This document shows positions 9,348 to 17,725 of a stretch of DNA of 45,940 nucleotides, in pieces. This stretch comes from a virus (Duplodnaviria > Caudoviricetes): IMG/VR virus record IMGVR_UViG_3300048578_000393, positions 1-45,940 of that record; one strand, given 5' to 3'. The notes beneath the pieces were generated by a model. That model was not told the origin of the DNA. It worked only from the letters and a program-made list of their open reading frames with translations, and did no database searches. The translations under genes were made by a program, and so were the position numbers. The stretch's first letter is position 1; each line of letters starts with the position of its first letter.

Positions 9348-9405
9348 GTGCTGGCCGCATCGCGGTCGGCTGCCCTAATCGCGCGTTAACCACTGCTTGA
9401 GACCA

Positions 9406-10803
9406 TCAAGAAAAATGCCGGGATCCCCAGGCTCCCCGCTGGTCATCGCCTTTAGGCGGTGCCAGCGGGGACAGGCGCAACTCGAGCGCCGGAGCCGCGT
9501 CGTCGATCGTTTCGATCTGCTCGGGCACCATGCCGGTCAGGAAGAAGAGCGCCGCCGCTAGGATCGCGCTCTCATAGGACTTGGACGCGGCGCAGGCGGC
9601 GGCGAACATGCCATCCTGCAGGAAGGAACAGTTGCCCTTGCAGAGCTGCACGACCGGGCACTTGCGGCAGTTGTCGCGGTACTGCCAGGAGGTCATGGTG
9701 GTGAGCCTGACATCGTCGAGCTGGTCGACATGGCCGACGACGTGGGACTGCCCGTTCGGCGCCGTCGCCGCCGTCGACACGTTCTGGCAGGTAATGACGT
9801 CACCCGACAGCGTGACCGCGATATAGTCCGGCCGCTCCATGCCGCACTTCGACCCGAGGCTATCGGCGCGCCGGCCGTCGACCAGCGACTGGTGGAACTC
9901 GGAGAGCCTGGTTCGCACTGAGCCGAAGGCGCGGCCCTTGCCGGAGATGATCGAGCTGGCGATCCGGGCGGAAATGGCCCCGACATCCAGCCAGGCCGGC
10001 GCGGTACCGACGCCCTCGGCGTGATAGGGCGTGACCATGCCTTCCGTCGTCAGATGCAGCGGGCGGCCCTCCAGGCGCTCGGCGAACCAGTCGTAGATGG
10101 CCGACAGGTCGTGATGCTCGCGGGTCAGGACGCAGTTGAACGACACGCGCCCATTGGGCGACAGGCGGTCATAAGCCTTGAGGATGTTCTCGCGCCGCTT
10201 CGGGTCGTCGAACGGATCGGGGCCGCGAAGGTGCTGGCCCGGCCCGTCATGGCTGATCGCGATGCTGATGCCGCACTCGTCGAGCCAGTCGAGGATGACC
10301 GGCGTCAGGATCGAGCCGTTCGTGATGATCGCCAGCCGGGCGTTCGGGTAGCGCTCGGCGACGGCCAGCCCAAGGGGCCGCAGCATCTTCCAATAGGCGA
10401 ACGGCTCGCCGCCCCAGAAGCGGATCTCGGTGCCGGCGCCCTTGCCGTCTCGGCCGCCATCGTACCAGCCGTCCATCTTCGACATGAAGACCGCGACGTC
10501 GTCGACATGCGCTGCCGCGCCCTCCGGCTGGTGCCGCTGAAGGCAGTAGGAGCAGGAGTAGTTGCACGTCAGGCCGAGCTGGATGTTGATCCGGCGCAGG
10601 TGCGTGCTCTTTCGGCCGGGCAGCGCCGCCCCGTTGACCGCCGGCGTCGCGACCGCCATCGGCCCTTTCTGCAACGCGGTACCGAGCGGCGCCAGCGCGA
10701 CAGGCGTCCCGTCAAGCCACGTCAGCGTCGAAGCGGCGGTGTCGTAGAGGACGGCATCGCGGCGCTCGCCGCTGATTTCCTGCAGCTTGATGAGATGGCG
10801 CAT
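9406..10803 (-). CDS. Radical SAM enzyme with SPASM domain (peptide/protein maturase type)
   Basis: CNYSCSYC (CxxxCxxC), FWGGEP, ITNGS, SHDG; C-terminal CG...GDVITC...CRKCPVVQLCKGNC...C (Cx2Cx5Cx3C); ATG overlaps the upstream stop (TAATG). Confidence 0.92.
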   Translation of the reverse strand: MRHLIKLQEISGERRDAVLYDTAASTLTWLDGTPVALAPLGTALQKGPMAVATPAVNGAALPGRKSTHLRRINIQLGLTCNYSCSYCLQRHQPEGAAAHVDDVAVFMSKMDGWYDGGRDGKGAGTEIRFWGGEPFAYWKMLRPLGLAVAERYPNARLAIITNGSILTPVILDWLDECGISIAISHDGPGQHLRGPDPFDDPKRRENILKAYDRLSPNGRVSFNCVLTREHHDLSAIYDWFAERLEGRPLHLTTEGMVTPYHAEGVGTAPAWLDVGAISARIASSIISGKGRAFGSVRTRLSEFHQSLVDGRRADSLGSKCGMERPDYIAVTLSGDVITCQNVSTAATAPNGQSHVVGHVDQLDDVRLTTMTSWQYRDNCRKCPVVQLCKGNCSFLQDGMFAAACAASKSYESAILAAALFFLTGMVPEQIETIDDAAPALELRLSPLAPPKGDDQRGAWGSRHFS

Positions 10804-11636
10804 TAGGCGACCCTCACGATGGTCTCGGCGACAGCGGCGATGTAGCGCCACCCCGCCTTGAGCTTGATCTCGTCGCCGGCCTCCAGGCCGAGGGCGCTGA
10901 AACGGAACCGGGCCGTGCCATTGCTGACCTCGACCCGCCGCTTCGGCAGGTAGCCGGCGGTGGCCTCCAGGAAGACCGTCCCGGCCGAGACCGGGAGGCC
11001 GGCCCGCGTCACGGACAGAGTGACCTCGTCGGCCTGATCCGGCGCGATCTCAGCCGGCGCGGTCATGGTTATGGCCGGCATGACGGAGGCGGCCATCGCG
11101 TCGAAGGTGCTCGCCTCGGTGAGGACACTCGGGACCGGCAAGCCTTCCTTGGCGTAGAGCAGGAAGCCGCATTCCCAGATCGCCGCCTCCGCGCTCGGAA
11201 CGAAGAGGGCGCAGAGCGGGCCAACGTCGAACGGGCTAAGGTAGGCGTCGGGGGTCGCCCGCGCCGGCAGGGTCTCAGCCATCAAGTAGACCGGAATGCC
11301 GGGCGTGCCGTCGGTGGCCAGAGGAATGACCCAGACCGTCGGCTCGGACCAAGCGCGCAGCGCCCGCAGCGTCGGCAGGTGGAGGCGCCATGTCCCCGTC
11401 CAGCGCCAGGAATAGGCCGCGGAGGCACCCAGCCGCTCGGAAGAGACGACGATCTGATCCGGCGTCGCCGGTCGAAACCGGGACCGGATGGGGATGGGAA
11501 CGTCGAGCGTTTCCTGGGTGGGCTCGGTGCTGCCGGCCGGAAACCAAACCGAGCCGATAATCTCGTCGGCGGTCGTGGTCACGCGGTGAATGACGTGCGG
11601 GCCGCGAGGCCGCGTGCAATGGGCGAGCTGTGTCAC
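10803..11636 (-). CDS. Hypothetical protein with probable C-terminal Ig-like beta-sandwich
   Basis: 277 aa; GTGA and TAATG overlaps with both neighbours; alternating beta-strand pattern over the last ~90 aa. Confidence 0.7.
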   Translation of the reverse strand: MTQLAHCTRPRGPHVIHRVTTTADEIIGSVWFPAGSTEPTQETLDVPIPIRSRFRPATPDQIVVSSERLGASAAYSWRWTGTWRLHLPTLRALRAWSEPTVWVIPLATDGTPGIPVYLMAETLPARATPDAYLSPFDVGPLCALFVPSAEAAIWECGFLLYAKEGLPVPSVLTEASTFDAMAASVMPAITMTAPAEIAPDQADEVTLSVTRAGLPVSAGTVFLEATAGYLPKRRVEVSNGTARFRFSALGLEAGDEIKLKAGWRYIAAVAETIVRVA

Positions 11637-13351
11637 AGACCGATCCTCCCGCGATAGTCGATGTCGCGCTCGGCCCAGCCGCCCACGGCATAGCCGTCGA
11701 CGTAGTAGATGTGGTCGCCGTCGAGCACGAGGCCATAGAGCTGCTGCTCCGGCGGGACGGTCGGGTCGAAGCGCAGCGACGTCAGAGCGGTGAAGCCGCC
11801 CGGCGTCGCCATGTCCATGCCGATGGTGATGATGCCGACGTCATCCGGGTCGAGGCCCGGATGGTCGAAGAAGCCGAGGCTTTCGCCATCGTTGCCGAAC
11901 AGCTCCTTGGCGGGGCCGACGTCGTGCGCCAGCCAATAGTCCTTGTCGACGAGCTTCCACCCCTGCCGGGTCCACATCGGGTGGTCCGTCGTGTTCCACA
12001 GGGTCTCGTTGACGACGATCATGGTGCGGTGGCCGAGCAACGGCCGCGTCAGCGCCTTGACCGTGTTTACCCCCCAACGGCCGCGCACGCGGTCGCCGAT
12101 GCGCACGTCCATGATCCGCTTGAGCGAGCCGTCGGCCAACAGCACCTTGGCGCCGGGCAGGAAGCAACACGACGAGCAGTTGCAGTTACAGTTGGCGGCG
12201 CAATTGGTGTAGCAGTTGAAGGCGCCGCAGTTGCAGTTGTTCACGTTTCGGTGCTGCTCCAGGCCGCCGATTTCGTCCCGCGTCACCGCATAGTTCCCGT
12301 AGACGAGGGCGACGGTAATCGGCGCGTTCGTGAAGGTGCTCGGGGCAGGATACCCGCTCGGGTTCGCGCGCGAGATGCCCGTGACGCCGACCCAGTTCCA
12401 CCAGTTTCCGTCCGGTGGCGTCCACTTGGTGTTGCCGTTGCAGTTGCCCGCCGGGATGTTGCCGCCGCAGTTTGCCACCGTGTCGTCGTAACTCTGGGTG
12501 ACGCGCAGCACCTCGCCGAGGTCGGTCCCGTCGGCGAGCTTCACCCCGGTCGCGCGGGCATCGGTGCCAGCGGTCTTGAACGTGGGAGCTTGAACCACCC
12601 CGGTGAAGGCCGGATTGTCCTTATCCGCCTTGGCGGCGAGGTCCGTCTTGTCGGCCTTGGTCGCCAGCGCGGACTGATCAGCCTTGCCGGCGATGAGGTT
12701 GAGCACGGTGGCTGAGAAATTGGCGTCATTGCCGAGCGCGGCCGCCAGTTCGCCGATCGTGTCGACGGCGCCCGGCGCGGCTCCCACCAGGTTGGCGATG
12801 GCCTGCCGCAGCGCCGTGACGGTCACGAACTGATCGCTGTCCGCCGTGATCGCCGGCGTCGGCCCGGTGGGCTGGCCGGTGAAGTGCGGAGAGGCAAGAG
12901 GGGCCGCCCCGAGATTGGTCCGCCCCTGCGCCTGCTCCCCGGTGGAGAGCGCCTGCGGCTGATCGACGCGCAGCATCCCGTTACCGGAGACGTGACCGAG
13001 GTCGACCGTCCAGGGGACGAACTTGCCCGCGATGTAGGCGAGCACCTGGTACGCCGTCACGCCGGAGACGTCGACGTCGGACAGATCGTTGAGCGCGTGG
13101 GCGTGAGTCCGGTCGGCCTTTCCGGCGAGCGCGTCGACCAAGCCGACGATCGCGGCCATGGCATGCACGTGATCGATGTCGGCCCTCGTCGCTAGGCCCT
13201 GGATCAGCGTTTTGATGTCGATGCCGATCGCCGCCAGCGCGAGCCCGACGCGCTTCATGTCATCGTCGAGGTTGTTCGACGGCGTCGCCTCGCCGCCAGC
13301 GAACGGGATGGGGTAGTTGCGGGACGGCTCGCGCGTGTCGTTGACGGCCAT
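11633..13351 (-). CDS. Tail fibre protein with Asn-Cys-rich segment and C-terminal Hint domain
   Basis: GAGGAG RBS before ATG 13351; HxH repeats; P2 gpH-like APLASPHFTG..DTIGELAAALGNDANF; NC repeats; CFLPGAKVLLADG...TTDHP...HIYYVDG. Confidence 0.85.
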   Translation of the reverse strand: MAVNDTREPSRNYPIPFAGGEATPSNNLDDDMKRVGLALAAIGIDIKTLIQGLATRADIDHVHAMAAIVGLVDALAGKADRTHAHALNDLSDVDVSGVTAYQVLAYIAGKFVPWTVDLGHVSGNGMLRVDQPQALSTGEQAQGRTNLGAAPLASPHFTGQPTGPTPAITADSDQFVTVTALRQAIANLVGAAPGAVDTIGELAAALGNDANFSATVLNLIAGKADQSALATKADKTDLAAKADKDNPAFTGVVQAPTFKTAGTDARATGVKLADGTDLGEVLRVTQSYDDTVANCGGNIPAGNCNGNTKWTPPDGNWWNWVGVTGISRANPSGYPAPSTFTNAPITVALVYGNYAVTRDEIGGLEQHRNVNNCNCGAFNCYTNCAANCNCNCSSCCFLPGAKVLLADGSLKRIMDVRIGDRVRGRWGVNTVKALTRPLLGHRTMIVVNETLWNTTDHPMWTRQGWKLVDKDYWLAHDVGPAKELFGNDGESLGFFDHPGLDPDDVGIITIGMDMATPGGFTALTSLRFDPTVPPEQQLYGLVLDGDHIYYVDGYAVGGWAERDIDYRGRIGL

Positions 13352-13361
13352 GGGGTACTCC

Positions 13362-16300
13362 TCAGATCGTGAAGGCGCGGATGCGCGCCAGCTCGGGCCG
13401 GGCCGACGGGCCGCCGGCGAGACGGATGCGGATGCGGCCCTCTGTCGCGGTGACCCCTTCGTCGAGATAGGTCGGCTCCACCCAGCCGTCCGCGAGGGCT
13501 TCGGTCGCCTCGACGGCGAGCGCCGTCCAATTGTTGTCGGCCGCGTCCCAGTCGACCGACGCGGTGGCGCCGGACGGCAGGTTGGCAGCGAAGAGCGCAC
13601 GCAAGTCGGCCGGCGGCGCCTTGAAAGGGATCACCTTCGAGATGTAGTCGCCGGTCTGGCGGATCCGGCCGAGGCCAACCGAGACGCCGGGATAGAGGAT
13701 CGGGGAGAGCGTGGCCGTGCCCTTGAGACGCGCCCTGACGGCCACGGTCTCGGTCACGTACTCGCTGAACTCGATCGTCTGATCCGGCGCCGCCGTCAGC
13801 ACCGTCCCGTCGGCGCGGACGACCTCGAACACCACCGAGCAGGCCTCGGTCGGCAGCTCCACGGTGCCACGCACGACGAGATCGGAGACGTTGACCAGGT
13901 CGATCGTGCCAAGCTCAACGAGGCGCTCGGTCGCGGTGTAGCGAGCCGCGATGATCCGCAGCGTAAGGTCCGCGTCATTGTGCGCGGTCCACGTGCGCCG
14001 GTTCGACGACGACAGGAGCACGCCGACGTTCGACGGGTTTTCGGTGATGCGCCACTGGGTCTCGTCGGCCTCGGTGACGACGTCGCCGAGGCGGGCGATC
14101 GACAACGCATGCGTCGGGTCATCCGTGAGGATCACGATCGCGCGCTCGTCGACGGACGGCACATAGACCGGCAGAGCCCAGCGCGGCGCGACCCACGCGC
14201 CGACCACCGGCGTCGCCATCGACTGGAACGCCTGGGCGAGCACCTCCATCGACGGCTGCCCGTTGGAGGCGCCGGCGAGCTGCACGCGGATGCCCTTTGT
14301 CCGATCGCCCACGACGGCGATGCGGAGGTCGGTGCCGATGATCTGGCGCGGCGCCGACAGCAGGAAGGTCTCGGCCAGCGGGTCTCCGGAATCCGAGTGG
14401 CTGTCGCTCGTCGTCATGGCGTTGGTGACGTTGGTGATGTTCACCACCGTCGCCCGGACGGCGCGGGTGACGAGCGTGATCTCCCGCAGCGTTGCCACCT
14501 GGATGGTGCCCTCACCATGGAAGAGGGCCTCGCTGAAGGTGCCGGCCGCGCCCTCCGCGCGAACGAGGCGGGTGCCCGTCGGGATGCCGTCGGGGATCGT
14601 GATGGTGGTGACAATCTTGCCGGCGGCGTCGGCCAGCAGTTCGCCCGCCGGCAGGACGCTGACGCCGTCGAACGTCAGCTTGTCGAGCCGCTCGCCGATC
14701 CCGAAACCGTCGATCGTCACCTTGACGTCGATCGACCGCAGTGTCGTCGCCACCTCCTGCCGCTCCTCGGCCACCTCGGTAATGGTGGTGACGGAGGTGA
14801 CCGTGCCGGGCGGGACGTTGTCGGTGACCGTCGTGAACTCGGCCGTTTCCGGCGACGTGAAGGTGGTCGTGCGCGAGACCCAGAAGTCCACAGGCGGCTC
14901 CAGCCGCATGTCCGCCGGCAAGCTGACGAAGTTGGCGTAGGGGTTGATCGCCATCGCGCTGGACGACAGGAGCTGCTCGACCACCGTCTCCTCGACGTAG
15001 GGCAGCGTGTACGCCTGGGTGCCGAGGAGCACGACGCCGACCAGATCGACGGCAAGCACGAGGCAGCCGTTCACGACGGCAGCCGTCTGCGGCGCGCCTG
15101 CGTCGCGGAAGTAGTCCGAGGCCAGCGGGTCGGTGAAGAAGCTCTTCAGCGAAGCGATGGTCCGGCCGCGAATATCGTGCTCCAGCGCCATCCGATTGAA
15201 GGCGCTCGACATCGCGATGTTGTTGGCGTTGTAGCGCGCCTGCTTGTCGAAGATGATCGAATGGGTGGCGTTGTTGACGACGGTCGGCAAGCCCATCCAC
15301 GTATTGCGGATCTCGGCGAGCTTCAGCAGCGTGGTCGGAACGATAGGCGCTGCCGCACCTTTGCGCGCCGAGATGCCCTTCACATAGGCCGTCTCGCCGG
15401 CATCGTTGAGGCAAAGCAGGTCAGTCCGCGGCAGCTTGGCGTGATAGGTGACCAGCACCGGCGTACCTGGGACGCCGTCGGCAACCTGGATTGCCGTCTC
15501 GGTGATGACGGTCGGTGCCACCGGGACATTGTGCAGGTAGGTGACCTGATAGGTGCTGCTCGCCGCCGGCTCGACGCCGCTCGGCGCCCAAGACACGCCG
15601 TCGGACGCGAGCGCATAGGCTGCGCCGGCGATCGGCGTTCCCCCCTGCGACACGCTTTCAATCGCCACCACTGAGGTGTGCTCAAGGGCGTCGATGCCGC
15701 CAGGCACCGGGCCGCGCGTAATGGTCGCCGTGTGTCGCCGCTGGATCACGACCTGGTCGATGGACGACGCCGGCGGATTGCGCAGCGTGATGACGGCCGG
15801 CACCGCCGACGGGTAGAGGTGTGTCTCGGCTGCGATCAGCTCCAGTTCGGGCTCTTCCTGCTGGTCGTGCGTCAGGGCGTAGCGTCGCGACCGCTTCCAG
15901 CCAAGGATGTTGGCGATGCCCGGCTGGACAGAGAAGCGCTGGGCAGTGCCGACCTTGCCGAGCGCCGTCACCTCGCAGCCCGACACGACATAGTGGCCGT
16001 GGGCCTGGAAGTCCTGCTCGGCCAGGATGGCCTTCACGCCGGTCAAGTCCGGCGCGACGGTCTGGTCGATCACCGCCGCGTCCCTGACCGTATAGACCGG
16101 GTAGAACTCGCCCGCGCCGCCATCGCCCTCGATCGCCCAGGAGGCGGTCTCGACCTGGCGCGCGGCGCCGGCCTCACCCTCGCCCACCGTGCCGGGCGCC
16201 AAACCGTACAGGGTCGGATCGTCCTCCCAGGTGACTAGGGCGCTGACCAGACGCACGCCGATGCGGACGGTGCCGGTCATCGGCACGTCGGTGAGCACGG

Positions 16301-16604
16301 CGGCGACGATGTCGCGGACGTCGCCCTTGGCGTAGACCTTGCCGGCGGCGAGCGAGGCCGTGCCGGTCTGGGCCTCGGCCGATGCTCGGGTGAGCACGAT
16401 CTCAGCACCGGTGATGCGTGCGCCGTCGCTGGTCACCATGTCGCCCACGCGCCGGTTTCGGCGCTCGGTGATCCCCTGCAGCTCGTTCAGCTCGGCGCCC
16501 TGGGCAAAGTTGTCGCGGCCATCGACGAACACCAGCCGGGCATCGGTCAGGCGCTGCGGCGAGCGGTCGTAGGCACCGGATAGCCCGGAGGCGTGCTCGA
16601 ACAT
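13362..16604 (-). CDS. Large baseplate/tail structural protein (DUF4815-like)
   Basis: 1080 aa; QGAELNELQ, FFTDPL..D..RDAG..Q.A, INPY and DPLAETF motifs; follows the gpI-like gene. Confidence 0.75.
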   Translation of the reverse strand: MFEHASGLSGAYDRSPQRLTDARLVFVDGRDNFAQGAELNELQGITERRNRRVGDMVTSDGARITGAEIVLTRASAEAQTGTASLAAGKVYAKGDVRDIVAAVLTDVPMTGTVRIGVRLVSALVTWEDDPTLYGLAPGTVGEGEAGAARQVETASWAIEGDGGAGEFYPVYTVRDAAVIDQTVAPDLTGVKAILAEQDFQAHGHYVVSGCEVTALGKVGTAQRFSVQPGIANILGWKRSRRYALTHDQQEEPELELIAAETHLYPSAVPAVITLRNPPASSIDQVVIQRRHTATITRGPVPGGIDALEHTSVVAIESVSQGGTPIAGAAYALASDGVSWAPSGVEPAASSTYQVTYLHNVPVAPTVITETAIQVADGVPGTPVLVTYHAKLPRTDLLCLNDAGETAYVKGISARKGAAAPIVPTTLLKLAEIRNTWMGLPTVVNNATHSIIFDKQARYNANNIAMSSAFNRMALEHDIRGRTIASLKSFFTDPLASDYFRDAGAPQTAAVVNGCLVLAVDLVGVVLLGTQAYTLPYVEETVVEQLLSSSAMAINPYANFVSLPADMRLEPPVDFWVSRTTTFTSPETAEFTTVTDNVPPGTVTSVTTITEVAEERQEVATTLRSIDVKVTIDGFGIGERLDKLTFDGVSVLPAGELLADAAGKIVTTITIPDGIPTGTRLVRAEGAAGTFSEALFHGEGTIQVATLREITLVTRAVRATVVNITNVTNAMTTSDSHSDSGDPLAETFLLSAPRQIIGTDLRIAVVGDRTKGIRVQLAGASNGQPSMEVLAQAFQSMATPVVGAWVAPRWALPVYVPSVDERAIVILTDDPTHALSIARLGDVVTEADETQWRITENPSNVGVLLSSSNRRTWTAHNDADLTLRIIAARYTATERLVELGTIDLVNVSDLVVRGTVELPTEACSVVFEVVRADGTVLTAAPDQTIEFSEYVTETVAVRARLKGTATLSPILYPGVSVGLGRIRQTGDYISKVIPFKAPPADLRALFAANLPSGATASVDWDAADNNWTALAVEATEALADGWVEPTYLDEGVTATEGRIRIRLAGGPSARPELARIRAFTI

Positions 16605-16606
16605 GG

Positions 16607-17725
16607 TCAGAACCTCATGAGGCAGACGACGTGCTCGCGGATCGTCGCGGCCATTGTCACGTCGAGATTGGGGATCGCCGGCAGCGTGACGCCGGCGGCA
16701 ACATCAATGTCGGCCGGCCGCAGCCAGGCGCGACCAGGCTTCACGCCAGCGGCAAGCTGGGCGTCGGCCACCAGGTCGATGGAGGCGATGACCGCGCCGG
16801 GCGCCGCTTCGAAGGGCGTGCGCGCCCAGACCAGGACACCGGTCGGGGTGGCCGTCGGCGAGACGTGGCCGGCGCCGAATTCGTAAGCACCATCCAGCGC
16901 CTCGGCGACGGCGTGGCAGATCGCCCTGTTGGCCCCGATCACGGCGCCCTCGGCATCTCGAAGCACGATCCACCAGGGGCGGGCGACAAGCGCGGCGGCG
17001 ATGACGTCTCGGCGCGCCTGCGCCGATGGAGCGGCCCAGGGATAGGTCATCTCCGACCAGGGCGACGTCATCGTCGACCACGCGCCCGATGTGCCCGCCT
17101 TCGGGATCCATGTGCCCAGCGCGGTCAACTCGGGCTCGCCGAGTTCGATCTCGACCTCATGGCGCCGACCGAACGACCAGACCGCGCCGCCGGCGGTGAT
17201 CCGCACGCCGGAGTGGTCGGACCAGATGGCGCCGCCCCAGCTGCTGCCGCTCCAACTCAGCGCCCGAACGTCATAGCCCCGGTAGCCGCGCCAGAAGTGG
17301 CTGATCGCGTCGTCGCTCAGCGAGGCGATGCCGTCGATCCGCTCAAGGTCGGGCCGCTCGGCATCCGGCAGGCGCGAGAGCGCCATCTGCCAGAGGTGCC
17401 AGCGGCGCCGGCGCGCCGGCTGCGCCTCATAGGTGGCGGCGTAGCCGAGCCAGCCGAGCCCCTTGGTTACCGCGCCGGGCGTGCCCCGGATCCGCTGCCA
17501 GTCAACGCCTTCACGCGCCAGCTCGTAGAGGTTGGGCAGGTAGGGGCTCAGTTCACCGAGGCCCCACTCGGCGATCAGGTAGGGCATCCATTCCGGAGGC
17601 GGATTGCGATCGGCCTGGGGGATCAGGCTGTAGAGGTCCGCCAGACGCGCAAAGGGGTCGATCGTGGCGGCGATCGCCAATTCGCGGTCGGTGGCGTTGT
17701 CAGGAGCGAGACGGAAGTGCTCCAT
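16607..17725 (-). CDS. P2 gpI-like baseplate/tail protein
   Basis: LAPDNAT.RE...PYLIAEWGL...WQRIRGT..AV..GLGWLG; TGATG overlap with the J gene. Confidence 0.8.
   Translation of the reverse strand: MEHFRLAPDNATDRELAIAATIDPFARLADLYSLIPQADRNPPPEWMPYLIAEWGLGELSPYLPNLYELAREGVDWQRIRGTPGAVTKGLGWLGYAATYEAQPARRRRWHLWQMALSRLPDAERPDLERIDGIASLSDDAISHFWRGYRGYDVRALSWSGSSWGGAIWSDHSGVRITAGGAVWSFGRRHEVEIELGEPELTALGTWIPKAGTSGAWSTMTSPWSEMTYPWAAPSAQARRDVIAAALVARPWWIVLRDAEGAVIGANRAICHAVAEALDGAYEFGAGHVSPTATPTGVLVWARTPFEAAPGAVIASIDLVADAQLAAGVKPGRAWLRPADIDVAAGVTLPAIPNLDVTMAATIREHVVCLMRF

Noticed and set aside
11633-12166. Canonical splicing intein in the tail fibre
   Set aside because: No terminal His-Asn followed by Cys/Ser/Thr and no real C-extein; treated as a cleavage-type Hint domain instead.
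12392-12403. WWNW motif recalling the darobactin WNW core
   Set aside because: A three-residue match without the rest of the core or a leader; probably chance, though aromatic cross-linking could be checked in the same MS experiment.
12167-12472. Diversity-generating retroelement target (many AAC codons in a fibre gene)
   Set aside because: No reverse transcriptase in the window and no second template copy of the segment seen.
13352-13600. Longer ORF-track start for the tail fibre (and similar upstream extensions of other genes)
   Set aside because: Overlaps the upstream gene; the ATG at 13351 has a GAGGAG SD and follows the preceding stop.
13317-15674. 785-aa plus-strand ORF (and the 361-aa ORF at 11630-12715)
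   Set aside because: Shadow frames opposite well-supported tail genes, with no recognisable motifs.
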